This document shows positions 28,998-38,383 of a DNA stretch of 64,000 nucleotides, piece by piece. Both the position numbers and the translations under genes were made by a program. Location of the stretch: assembly GCA_965226045.1 (NCBI GenBank), contig CBDDBU010000024.1:68425-132424 (forward strand), given 5' to 3'. The DNA comes from Alphaproteobacteria bacterium. GTDB taxonomy: Bacteria; Pseudomonadota; Alphaproteobacteria; VGEJ01. Every line of letters begins with the position of its first letter. Positions within the stretch are counted from its first letter, which is position 1. The notes below the pieces were generated by a model, which made no database searches, was not told the origin of the DNA, and saw only the letters and a program-made list of their open reading frames with translations.

Positions 28998-31067
28998 ATG
29001 GCGATGCGCGGTGACGGCCTCCTGGGCGGGGTGGTCTTTTGGTTCGGCGTCGTCGTTTCGGTCTTCCACTTGTATGCCAACACGTTCGGCACGCTGCCTG
29101 AACTGTGGCTCTCGGCGCTGCATTGGGGTGGTCTCGCGTTTCTCTGTGCCCTAACCGTTCCTATCTCGGCGCGCTGGTCCGCGCGGCGTCCCGGCGCGGT
29201 GATGGCGATCGACGCCGGTCTCGGCGTCCTGGCGATGCTGTGCGCCGTCTACGTCATCCTCGGCCTCGATCCGCTCTACGATCGCGGAGTCACGTTCAAC
29301 GCAAGCGACTGGGTGTTCGCGATCCTCGCGGTGCTTCTGGGGCTCGAGTTCGCACGCCGTACGGCGGGCTGGTTGATCCCGGCGCTGTGCGTAGTAGGGC
29401 TCGCCTATGTGTTCTGGTGGGGTCATCTGATCGGCGGGATGTTCCGCTTTCCTGGTCTGACATTTGAGACCACCCTGTTCCGCAGCTATTTCGAGGTCTC
29501 GGGCATGTTCGGGCCGATCGCCCGCATCTCCTCGACCTTCGTCTTCATGTTCATCCTGTTTGGCGCCTTCCTGGTCCGTTCGGGCGCTGGCGATTTCGTG
29601 GTCGACATGGCGCGCGGCGTGGCCGGGCGCGTAGCGGGGGGACCGGGGTTGGTCGCCGTCATCGCATCGGCGCTGACCGGGACTGTTTCCGGCTCGGCCA
29701 TCGCCAACACCGTGTCGACCGGCGTCATCACCATTCCGCTGATGAAGAAAGCGGGTTTTCCACCCCGCTTCGCGGCCGGGGTCGAGGCATCGGCCTCGAC
29801 TGGCGGCCAGATCATGCCGCCGATCATGGGGGCGGGCGCGTTCGTGATGGCGAGCTACACCCAGATCCCTTATTTCACCATCGTCGCCGTCTCGGTCCTG
29901 CCGGCGCTGATGTACTTCCTGTCGGTGGCCTTCCTGGTGCGGATCGAGGCCAAGAAGCACCGCCTTCGTGGCCTCGACGACGATGCGCTGCCGTTCATGG
30001 CGGTCATGCGCCGGGGCGGCCTGACGTTTCTGGCGCCGATCGGCGTCCTGATCGCCATGCTCGCCTACGGCTTCACCCCGACCTACGCGGCGGCCGCAGG
30101 TATCGTCGCGGTGATCGTCTCGAGCTGGCTCACGCCGAACCGGATGGGACCACGCGCGATCCTGGAGGCGCTGGCGCTGGGCGCGCGCAACATGGCTGGC
30201 ACCGCGATGCTGCTGGTCGCGGTCGGCCTGATCGTGATGGTCGTCGCGGCGACGGGCATCGGCAACACCATCTCGCTCCTGATGGCCGACTGGGCCGGCG
30301 GCAGCCTGATCCTCGCGATCATCCTGATCGCGCTGGCCTCCCTGATCCTCGGCATGGGGCTGCCGGTCACCGCAGCCTACATCCTGGTCGGCACACTGTC
30401 GGCGCCCGCGCTCTACGGGCTGATAGCCGAGGCCCACCTGATCGAGGCGGTCGCCAGCGGCGCGCTGCCCGACGGGGCCAGGGCCATTCTCGCGTTGGCG
30501 GCGCCCGACCGGACGGCGCTCCTGGGCCAGCCGATGGGCTCAGCAGACGCGGCCGCGCTGGTCGCGCTAGTACCCCCCGACCTCGTGCTAGTGCTTGTGG
30601 AGCAGGCGCTCGATCCGGCGCTGCTGACGACCGCGCTGTTGTCGGCGCACATGATCATCTTTTGGCTGAGCCAGGACAGCAACGTCACCCCGCCGGTCTG
30701 CCTCACCGCCTTCGCGGCGGCGGCGATCGCCGGGACCCGGCCGATGGCGACGGGTTTCACGGCCTGGCGGATCGCCAAGGGGCTCTACGTGATTCCACTG
30801 CTGTTCGCCTACACGCCGTTCCTGTCAGGCGACTGGGCGGTGGCGATAGAGATCTTCATTTTCGGCACCACCGGCATCTATTCCTTGTCGGCCGCCTATG
30901 AGGGCCATGGCGAGGCCCCTGTCGCGCTCGCTTGGCGGCCGGTCTTGGCGGCGCTTGGGATCGCTCTGCTGTGGCCGCTCGACCTATACTGGCACCTCGG
31001 TGCGCTCGCGAGCGCGGTCGCCGTACTAGCCTTCACCCATGTATCGGAACGCCGGCGCGCGGCGTGA
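28998..31067 (+). CDS. TRAP transporter fused permease (4TM/12TM)
   Basis: Multiple hydrophobic segments, GSAIANTVSTG, ASTGGQIMPPIMGAGAF, LGMGLP, SNVTPPVCL. Confidence 0.93.
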   Translation: MAMRGDGLLGGVVFWFGVVVSVFHLYANTFGTLPELWLSALHWGGLAFLCALTVPISARWSARRPGAVMAIDAGLGVLAMLCAVYVILGLDPLYDRGVTFNASDWVFAILAVLLGLEFARRTAGWLIPALCVVGLAYVFWWGHLIGGMFRFPGLTFETTLFRSYFEVSGMFGPIARISSTFVFMFILFGAFLVRSGAGDFVVDMARGVAGRVAGGPGLVAVIASALTGTVSGSAIANTVSTGVITIPLMKKAGFPPRFAAGVEASASTGGQIMPPIMGAGAFVMASYTQIPYFTIVAVSVLPALMYFLSVAFLVRIEAKKHRLRGLDDDALPFMAVMRRGGLTFLAPIGVLIAMLAYGFTPTYAAAAGIVAVIVSSWLTPNRMGPRAILEALALGARNMAGTAMLLVAVGLIVMVVAATGIGNTISLLMADWAGGSLILAIILIALASLILGMGLPVTAAYILVGTLSAPALYGLIAEAHLIEAVASGALPDGARAILALAAPDRTALLGQPMGSADAAALVALVPPDLVLVLVEQALDPALLTTALLSAHMIIFWLSQDSNVTPPVCLTAFAAAAIAGTRPMATGFTAWRIAKGLYVIPLLFAYTPFLSGDWAVAIEIFIFGTTGIYSLSAAYEGHGEAPVALAWRPVLAALGIALLWPLDLYWHLGALASAVAVLAFTHVSERRRAA

Positions 31068-31152
31068 AATTAGCGCGTCGCGCGCGATGGGTTGAACCTG
31101 CCGTGCCAGGGCTGGCACAGTCTCCCGAGTGCCCCCTCAAACACCGGTTCCG

Positions 31153-32325
31153 ATGACGCATTCCGACCCCAGCGGCCGCCACTTCCTGCAGATCCCCGGC
31201 CCGACCAACGTGCCCGACCGGGTGCTGCGAGCCATCGCGCGCCCGTCCATCGACCATCGGGGGGCTGAATTTCAGACGATGACGCTGGAGGTGCTCGACG
31301 GGCTCAAGCAGGTCTTCCGCACCGTTGAGCCGGTGGTGGTCTTTCCGTCCTCGGGCACTGGCGCCTGGGAGGCCGCCCTGGTCAACACGCTCGCGCCCGG
31401 CGACCGGGTGCTGATGTACGAGACTGGCCACTTCGCCACCCTATGGCGCGCCATGGCGGCGCGCTTGGGCCTCGATGTCGTGTTAATGCAGGCCGATTGG
31501 CGCTCGGGCGTCGACGCGGCGGCGATCGAGGCGGCGCTGGTCGACGATTGGCGGCATCTGATTCGAGCGGTGTGCGTCGTCCACAACGAGACCTCGACCG
31601 GTGTCACCAGCGACATCCCGGCGATCCGCGCCGCCCTTGACGACGCCGGTCATCCGGCGCTGTTGCTCGTCGATACCGTCTCCTCGCTCGGGTCGATCGA
31701 ATACCGGCACGGGGAGTGGGGCGTGGACGTGACCGTCTGTGGCTCCCAGAAGGGCCTGATGCTGCCGCCGGGGCTCGGCTTCAACGCCATCAGCGGCAAG
31801 GCCCTGGCCGCCTCCCACGACGCTGGGACGCCACGGTCCTATTGGGACTGGCAGGACATGCTGAGTGCCAATGAACGCGGCTTTTTTCCCTACACGCCGG
31901 CCACCAACCTGCTGTTCGGTCTCCGCGAGGCCCTCGCCATGCTACTCGAGGCGGGCCTCGACTCGGTGATCGCCCGGCACGCCCGTCACGGCGCGGCGGC
32001 GCGGAACGCCGTCGGCGCCTGGGGATTGGAGCTGGTCTGCCGCGATCCGGCCCAGGGCTCCAACGCGCTCACGGCCGTGCTGATGCCCGAGGGCCACGAC
32101 GCTGACGCCTTCCGCCAGGTGGTGCTCGAAAACTTCGACATGGCGCTCGGCAATGGCCTCGGCCGGCTCGCCGGCAAGGTCTTCCGCATCGGTCACCTTG
32201 GCGACTTCAACGACCTGATGCTGATCGGCACCTTGGCAGGCGTCGAAATGGGACTCGCGCGCGCCGGCGTTCCCCATCGGCCCGCCGGCGCGCAGGCCGC
32301 GCTGGATTACCTCGCCGCAGTATGA
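31153..32325 (+). CDS. Class V aminotransferase (serine/alanine-glyoxylate type)
   Basis: GRHFLQIPGPTN, VHNETSTG, GSQKGLMLPPG, FFPYTP, FRIGHLG. Confidence 0.92.
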   Translation: MTHSDPSGRHFLQIPGPTNVPDRVLRAIARPSIDHRGAEFQTMTLEVLDGLKQVFRTVEPVVVFPSSGTGAWEAALVNTLAPGDRVLMYETGHFATLWRAMAARLGLDVVLMQADWRSGVDAAAIEAALVDDWRHLIRAVCVVHNETSTGVTSDIPAIRAALDDAGHPALLLVDTVSSLGSIEYRHGEWGVDVTVCGSQKGLMLPPGLGFNAISGKALAASHDAGTPRSYWDWQDMLSANERGFFPYTPATNLLFGLREALAMLLEAGLDSVIARHARHGAAARNAVGAWGLELVCRDPAQGSNALTAVLMPEGHDADAFRQVVLENFDMALGNGLGRLAGKVFRIGHLGDFNDLMLIGTLAGVEMGLARAGVPHRPAGAQAALDYLAAV

Positions 32326-32345
32326 TCCCGCCGGCCGGACCCACG

Positions 32346-33800
32346 TCAACTGGGTGGTGCGGCCATCGGCCACCAGCTGCCATGGAACGTCAGCGGAATC
32401 GCCTGGGTTAACTGCACGCGGACCCGAGGTGTGAGCGTCCGCGCATCCAACACGGCCACGTGGCTGCGCGCCGTGTGGCTGTCGTAGACCAGGGTGAGCA
32501 CCGAGCCACCGTTTTCGCGCCCGGTCTGGCTTTGCGCCAGCACCGGCTCCGAGCAGAGTTCTCCGGGCGCGAAGGTGTGGTGGCGCACGGCGCCGTCTTC
32601 GTCGATGCGGCTGATCTGGAAGTGCATCACGCCATCGACATAGCGGCTGCTTTGCCGCCAGATGTGCTGGTGGCGACCGCCCGCGACCTGCTCCGCGATT
32701 CGCGGGTACTCGCAATGCCCGTCCCATAGCGGAGCCGAGCGCAGCTTCTTCTTCGCGAGATCGATCCGGGCCCGGTGCAGCTCGCCGTGGACATGGGCGC
32801 TGGGGTCCGTCCACGACAGTTCGGTGCCGTCTCCGAGCGCCCCCAACAAGCGGCTGTCCGGGTAGCGGACATAGTCGACGACGATCTCTCCCCGGTCTTC
32901 AAAGGCGCCGGCAAAGTGAAACTGGCAGAAGGGATCGGTGCGAAAGCGGATCGGACGGTCGGGGGTGTTGATCGGCACCACGATGACCTCGGTTCCATCG
33001 GACGGGGTCCACTTGAAATTGTCAGTGAACGACCGCAGCGCCATCATCATCCGCCACACGACCAGGCGCACCGGTGAGACGAAGAGCACCAGATGCTTGT
33101 CGGTGGCGATTGAAGTCATGCAGCAGCACCGGGCGGGACAACGGGATCCGGCCCAGAAACCGGGCCGGCCCGTCGTCGGGCAGCGCGAACAACGTCAGTG
33201 TGGTCTGCTTCCCGTAGGACATGCCGAAGTTGTAAAGCGTGCGGCGACGGGCCACCCGATGTGGATGGGCCGAGAATGTCGTCGCAACGACGCCGCCCAG
33301 ATCGGACTCGCCGATTGTGCGCAAGGAGTCAGGGTCGAGTTGAGTGGGCCTGCCGCCCTCGTTCAACGCTTACAACGCCCCCCGCCACTCGACCACGTGG
33401 GTGTTGGCGGTGTTCTTGAGCCGACCGGTGAGCATCCGGCGCACCCGGGTGGGCCAGGGCGCCGCGAAGCTGCTGAGGTGTCGGCCCGCCGCGCGCTCTC
33501 CCCGCAATCCGGCGCTCTCGATCACCCGTGCCGCCGCGAGCGCGCCACCATCGGCGAACCAGATCGCCGTGATCGCGCCGTCGCCCTCGAACAGGTGGTC
33601 ATAGTGGCGTGCGAATTGTTCGAGGATGCCCGGACCGTTCCGGTACAGCGTGCCGCGAAGATGTACGGGGAGGGTGCCCTCGACCTGGACGGGCTCGAAG
33701 CCGTGCTCGCGGGGGGCGGTGCGGGCGCGTTCATCGCGACGTGTTGGGGGGGCGTGGCGCGGGCGCCGTTTGCTCGCCAGGCGGAACACTGGCACCCGAC
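32346..33800 (-). pseudogene. Carotenoid/lignostilbene cleavage dioxygenase family, two frameshifts
   Basis: GTLYRNGPG..GDG / SAHPH..LLHDF / FHFAGAF..CSEPV..TFHGSW across three frames, with breaks near 33370 and 33115; start not resolved. Confidence 0.85.
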
Positions 33801-34396
33801 GGGTCGCTGTGCCGCGCCCGCTTCGTGAACCGTTCCAGTTGTTCGCGGATACCAATGGGCCACCCTGAGACGAGTTGAGCGAAGGTGTCGAAATCCTGAG
33901 CGAAAAGCGCGCGCGTGGCCTCTTCGAAGTCCGGTTGGTCACCGGCGATATCCCACATGAAACAGTGCGCGGCATCGATCGCCTGGCGGGTCTCCTCGTG
34001 GGGCGCGCCCTCTTTTCGGGCCGCGTCGACCAGTTTGCGCAGGGTCGCCGAAGTGCCGCCGCGCTTTGCGGCGAGCCAACGCCACTGGTGCGGCAGGAGC
34101 GACACCTCGCGCGAGACGACCCCGAGTTTGGGCCTGCCCGGCCCCCTTCGTTTGGCGGATTCTTGGGGTGGCGGCGCGACCATGGGGTGGGCCGCGAGCT
34201 TGGCCAAGACCGCCGCCTCGTCGCCAGTGAAATCAATGTCCACCGGACGCCCGGTCTCATGGTCGAACACCGCCACGCGCTCTTGCTCGCCCTGATCGAG
34301 CCGAGCCTTGCAGCGGCGCGCAACGTCGGCCGGCGCGCCTCGTGCGATGACGACGGTGCCGGCGAAGGCCACGAATATTTTAGGTGTGGTGCTCAT
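33731..34396 (-). CDS. DUF2239 family protein
   Basis: FDHETGRPVDID, RGPGRPKLGVVSREVSLLP..W.WL..GGTSATLRKLV, EEATRALFA. Confidence 0.88.
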   Translation of the reverse strand: MSTTPKIFVAFAGTVVIARGAPADVARRCKARLDQGEQERVAVFDHETGRPVDIDFTGDEAAVLAKLAAHPMVAPPPQESAKRRGPGRPKLGVVSREVSLLPHQWRWLAAKRGGTSATLRKLVDAARKEGAPHEETRQAIDAAHCFMWDIAGDQPDFEEATRALFAQDFDTFAQLVSGWPIGIREQLERFTKRARHSDPSGASVPPGEQTAPAPRPPNTSR

Positions 34397-34455
34397 CCGG
34401 CTAGTATTAGCCGGGTAAAATAGGATGTCAATATTACCCGGCTAATAATAGCCGG
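34397..34455 (-). promoter_or_regulatory. Promoter with a double-palindrome operator upstream of the DUF2239 gene
   Basis: Two CCGGCTA-N4-TAGCCGG boxes (34397-34414, 34438-34455); minus strand TTGACA-17 bp-AATACT-6 bp-ATG. Confidence 0.8.
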
Positions 34456-34468
34456 GGTCGCCCGTGGC

Positions 34469-34900
34469 CTATGCCGCCACCGTGACCTTGTCGCCGGCCT
34501 CGATGACCTCCCGCGGCCTCTCCACACCCTCGAAAGTCACTTCGATCTCGATTCCCTGGGGATCGTGAAAGAAGATTTGGTAGAGCTCGATATCCGGCAA
34601 GTTGGCCTCCCGGTAGGCCACCCCGAGCTTCTCCAGGTGAGCCTTGAAGCCGTCGCCCCCGCGCGCGGTGAAGGCGAAGTGATTGAACGCGGCGCTGCCT
34701 TCGCCAACATCCTCCTCAAAGGCAATGACATGGACGCGCGGCTTGCCATCGGCGGGATAGAGCCATATCCCCTTGACCCGGTCCGCGATCGACGGGGGTC
34801 GAAAGCCCACTTCAAGCCCGAGAACATCGCAATAGAACTTACGGGTCGCCTCCAGATCGTTGGTCGAGATCGTTACATGATCGAGCGTGTTCATTTCCAT
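34469..34900 (-). CDS. VOC (glyoxalase-like) family protein
   Basis: LDHVTI..DLEATRKFYCDVLGL, NHFAF, QIFFHDPQGIEIE. Confidence 0.9.
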   Translation of the reverse strand: MEMNTLDHVTISTNDLEATRKFYCDVLGLEVGFRPPSIADRVKGIWLYPADGKPRVHVIAFEEDVGEGSAAFNHFAFTARGGDGFKAHLEKLGVAYREANLPDIELYQIFFHDPQGIEIEVTFEGVERPREVIEAGDKVTVAA

Positions 34901-35081
34901 TGCCGCCTCCTAACCGCTTGGCCTTGGGATATCGAGCGATGGTAGGGAGGAGCGAGCGGCGCGGCAATGATCCAGGTTAGAAGGCGCGTCAAGGAAACCC
35001 GAATAGCGCTGACGAGCGTCTCGTCATGGCCTAGGCTCCGCTGTCGTCCCCGCCATTGGCGGCACACCTGGGAGCCAGCAC

Positions 35082-35567
35082 ATGACCGAGACCACTTTGC
35101 AACAGCAAGTCGAGCGCCTCACGTCCATCGAGGCGATCAAGGACCTCAAGGCCCGGTACTGCGCCTTCTGCGACGACGGCTACGATGCCGATGGAATCTG
35201 TTCGGTGTTCGTGCCCGACGGCGTGTTCGACGGCGGCGAGGAGTTCGGGGTCCACCAGGGACACGCCGCGATTCACACGTTTTTCAGCGGCGTCTCGAGC
35301 CAGATCACGTTCGCCGCGCACTTGGTGCTGAACCCGGTCATCTCGGTCGATGGCGATCGCGCGAACGCCAAGTGGTGGCTGTTGATGCCCTGTACCCTTC
35401 GCGACGAGGGCGGGCAGTCGGAAGGGCGTTGGCTGGTATCTCAGTACAACGACGACATGGTGCGCCGCGACGGGGTGTGGCGGTTTCAGGCGGTGCGCGC
35501 GGTCGTCCGGTTTTTCGTCCCCCATCTCGAAGACTGGGCCGAGCGGACCATCGCCCGCGACGGCTAA
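35082..35567 (+). CDS. SnoaL/NTF2-like protein (scytalone dehydratase/LinA/BaiE-like)
   Basis: EAIKDLKARYC..CDD, HLVLNPVI, YNDD..RRDG.WRF. Confidence 0.85.
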   Translation: MTETTLQQQVERLTSIEAIKDLKARYCAFCDDGYDADGICSVFVPDGVFDGGEEFGVHQGHAAIHTFFSGVSSQITFAAHLVLNPVISVDGDRANAKWWLLMPCTLRDEGGQSEGRWLVSQYNDDMVRRDGVWRFQAVRAVVRFFVPHLEDWAERTIARDG

Positions 35568-35588
35568 GCGCCTGAGCGAGGGACGACA

Positions 35589-36551
35589 ATGGACTGCCAG
35601 CAGACCACCATCCACTTCGCCCATGCCGCCTATCAACTGTCGACGACGTTCTCGCGTCGCGACGCGGGCGTGCCGCACTTCCAGACTTGGACGCCTGAGG
35701 ATACGCGCGCCCGGGTCGCCGAGGCCGAGGTCCTGGTCATCTCGGGCTTATGGCACAACGATCTGCTCGCGGACGCCCACCGGCTGCGCTTTATCCAGTC
35801 ATGCGCCGCTGGTTTCGACCAGTTCGACCAGGACGCGATCCGGGCGAACGGCGTGCGCCTCGCCCATGCCGGCGGCGCCAACGTCAATGCGGTGAGCGAT
35901 CACGCCCTGGCGCTGGTCTTGGCGCTCACCCGCCAGCTCCATACCGGGCGCGACAATCAGCGCGCACAACACTGGCGGGGCATGATCTCCGAGGTAGCGC
36001 GGCGCGAGGAAGAGCTCCCCGGCAAGATCATGCTCATCATTGGCCTCGGCAAGATTGGCGGGCGCATCGCCCGGCTCGCGAGCGCGTTCGGCATGACGGT
36101 GATCGGCGTGAAGCGGGACACGGCGGCGCCGATCGACCATGTCGACGAGCTTCATACGCCGGACGCTCTGCTAGAGCTGCTGCCCCGCGCTGATTTCACC
36201 GTGCTCGCCTGCCCCCTCACGCCAGCGACCCGCGATATCATCGATGCCGACGCATTGGCGGCGCTGGGGCCCTCGTCGTACCTGGTCAACGTCGCCCGTG
36301 GCGGCTGCGTCGATGAGCAGGCGTTGATCGACGCCTTGCGCAGCCGATCCATTGCTGGCGCCGGCATCGACGTTGTGGGGGAGGAGCCGCTTGGCCCCGA
36401 TTCGCCGCTGTGGTCGCTCGAGAACTGCCTCCTCACGCCGCACACCGCCGGCGAGACCCGCAAGTACGAGGACAACGTCCTCGATATTCTGACCGAGAAC
36501 CTCGACCGCCTGTCGCGGCGCGCCGACCCGCTGCGCAATCAGGTCGTTTGA
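35589..36551 (+). CDS. D-2-hydroxyacid dehydrogenase
   Basis: AGFD, IIGLGKIG, CPLT, VNVARG, GIDV..EEPL, TPHTAG. Confidence 0.92.
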   Translation: MDCQQTTIHFAHAAYQLSTTFSRRDAGVPHFQTWTPEDTRARVAEAEVLVISGLWHNDLLADAHRLRFIQSCAAGFDQFDQDAIRANGVRLAHAGGANVNAVSDHALALVLALTRQLHTGRDNQRAQHWRGMISEVARREEELPGKIMLIIGLGKIGGRIARLASAFGMTVIGVKRDTAAPIDHVDELHTPDALLELLPRADFTVLACPLTPATRDIIDADALAALGPSSYLVNVARGGCVDEQALIDALRSRSIAGAGIDVVGEEPLGPDSPLWSLENCLLTPHTAGETRKYEDNVLDILTENLDRLSRRADPLRNQVV

Positions 36552-36638
36552 GAATGCCCTGACATCACGCTCGAAGGTCGCCGACACGTCGCGCCCCAGG
36601 GTTCGCAGGTGGACGTAGAGCGGAAAGCCGGGGCAACA

Positions 36639-36927
36639 TCACGAAGTTATGCCGCCGAGCTCCTGCCGAATGGTTAGTTCTTCTCCCTCTTCATACTGAA
36701 GAGAATCTCCTGCGATGATATGTGCAGAACCCTTAAGGCATTCCAGCAAGGACGGGTGGGGGAAGATCGACTCTAATATGTAGTTATAAGGGAGGTTCCG
36801 TTCGATCATGATCGCCGCAGCGCCAACAATCGCATCCGCGTTCGGGCCCACCGCGCGAACGCCGAGAATTAGATCGTCACCCGGAGGGCCGACAATAAGC
36901 TTCACGAATCCGATCGGCGGCTGAATG
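36639..36927 (-). pseudogene. C-terminal dimerisation-domain fragment of a dihydrolipoamide dehydrogenase-like oxidoreductase
   Basis: GFVKLIV..ILGVRAVGPNA..IFPHPSLLE (HPxxxE); truncated by IS6; lower GC. Confidence 0.75.
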
Positions 36928-37736
36928 GGCATTGTCAGAGTAAGCCATGTTGGCCTGCGAAGGCCGCCGTGCTGAGGTCATCAGGCCGCCAGGTGTCGAC
37001 ACTCAGCCAGCGCGGCGGAGCGGTTTTGCTTGAAAGTGTCACGGCGGTTCAGGTGACGGTCTTGACTGAAGTGATTGTGGATCGAGGCGTGGACGGCGGC
37101 GAGCTTTTGAAGAGTCTTGGCGTCCCGGAATTTTGCCATTGCTCGCTCTCGTCGTCGGAAGGGTTGATGCGAGTTTTCGGCTCTGTTGTTGAGCCACCGC
37201 CCACACTCCTGAGACGAGGCATTCCCGATCAACACCATCGCGGCCCGGTATGAGGGCAGCCGGTCGGCCACGATGGCCTTCGGCCGCCCGTAGCGCTTCA
37301 TCGTCCGCTTCAAGAACTTCAGCGCGGCCCCACGATCTCGACGTTTTGTCGCGAAGGCATCGAGCACCTCGCCTTCGTGATCCACCGCGCGCCAGAGGTA
37401 GTGCGCCTCCCCGTTTATCTTCACAAACACCTCATCGAGGTGCCAGCGCCAACGGGAGTAGCATTGATCCGGCTTCACTCGGCGCCTCCTGATCTCCGCA
37501 GCGAACATTGGACCGAACCGGTTCCACCAGAACCGCACGGTTTCGTGACAGATATCGATACCGCGCTCGAACAAGAGATCCTCTACCTGCCTGAGCGACA
37601 ACGGATAGCGGACATACATCATCACCGCCAGGCGGATCACCTCGGGCGAGCTGTTGAAGTATCGGAAGGGATTCTTCATCGGCCGACACTACGGATCGCC
37701 CCCGCCCGGCTCAAGCCGATTTTCTCTGACAGTGCT
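36928..37736 (-). mobile_element. Complete IS6-family element (~809 bp)
   Basis: Terminal IRs GGCATTGTCAGA and reverse-complement AGCACTGTCAGA; a single transposase; no target duplication. Confidence 0.9.
36981..37679 (-). CDS. IS6 family transposase
   Basis: WHLDEVFVKING..YLWRAVD, IVAD, LNNRAENSHQP. Confidence 0.95.
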   Translation of the reverse strand: MKNPFRYFNSSPEVIRLAVMMYVRYPLSLRQVEDLLFERGIDICHETVRFWWNRFGPMFAAEIRRRRVKPDQCYSRWRWHLDEVFVKINGEAHYLWRAVDHEGEVLDAFATKRRDRGAALKFLKRTMKRYGRPKAIVADRLPSYRAAMVLIGNASSQECGRWLNNRAENSHQPFRRRERAMAKFRDAKTLQKLAAVHASIHNHFSQDRHLNRRDTFKQNRSAALAECRHLAA

Positions 37737-37926
37737 CCACGGCGGTCGCGGCGCTGGCGATGCCGGTCATGTTGTGATGCTCGGCCAGCCAGTAGCGGGT
37801 GAAGCCCCATCTCTCGGCGTGGCGCGCCAGATCCAGCGTATTCGCGAGCGCGAGGGCGGCGTTTCCCTCCTCGTTGATGGGCGAAAGATCGAGAACGGAC
37901 AGCGGTGGCAGGTGCGGCTCGGTCAT
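37737..37926 (-). pseudogene. LLM-class flavin oxidoreductase N-terminal fragment
   Basis: [30 protein letters not shown], then the IS6 IR; close paralogue of 57014..58045. Confidence 0.9.
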
Positions 37927-38011
37927 TGGGCTTCACACCTGTGTCCAATTTCCTCGACGGCGTCGGGCCGGCGCGGCCGATAGTAGCCCGTCGCCATGCC
38001 GCGCGGCCGGC

Positions 38012-38167
38012 TCAATCTGGTCCCGGCGGGCCGAAGCCCTCGTCCTCGCCCGCGACCTCGCGCGCCAGCTCCGCGATGCTGCGGGCGAGCCGTTCGCCGT
38101 AGCCGCGATGATAGGCGGCGACGAAGCTGAGCCGTGGTAGCGGGCGGTCGGTCGGGATCCAGATCAT
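38012..38167 (-). pseudogene. Possible LysR-type regulator C-terminal remnant
   Basis: Frame MIWIPTDRPLPRLSFVAAYHRGYGERLARSIAELAREVAG.. has host-like codon use; the family guess is weak. Confidence 0.3.
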
Positions 38168-38383
38168 TGGCGGGCTGAGGGAGTTCGCAGCCCGTTGGTG
38201 AGGGGCGCCGCCTCAGGGCCGGGCTGCCGCCCTTGCGCCCTGGCCCTTGGTGCGGGCAGTGTAAGCGCTCCGCCGCCGTCGCTCCGAAGGGGTTGACGGC
38301 CACGGGGTCGGCACTGCTTGGGATGATTGGCCATGGCGGAAAGACGCGCGTCCACGCTGGGTGGAACAAACGATCCGCTGCCC

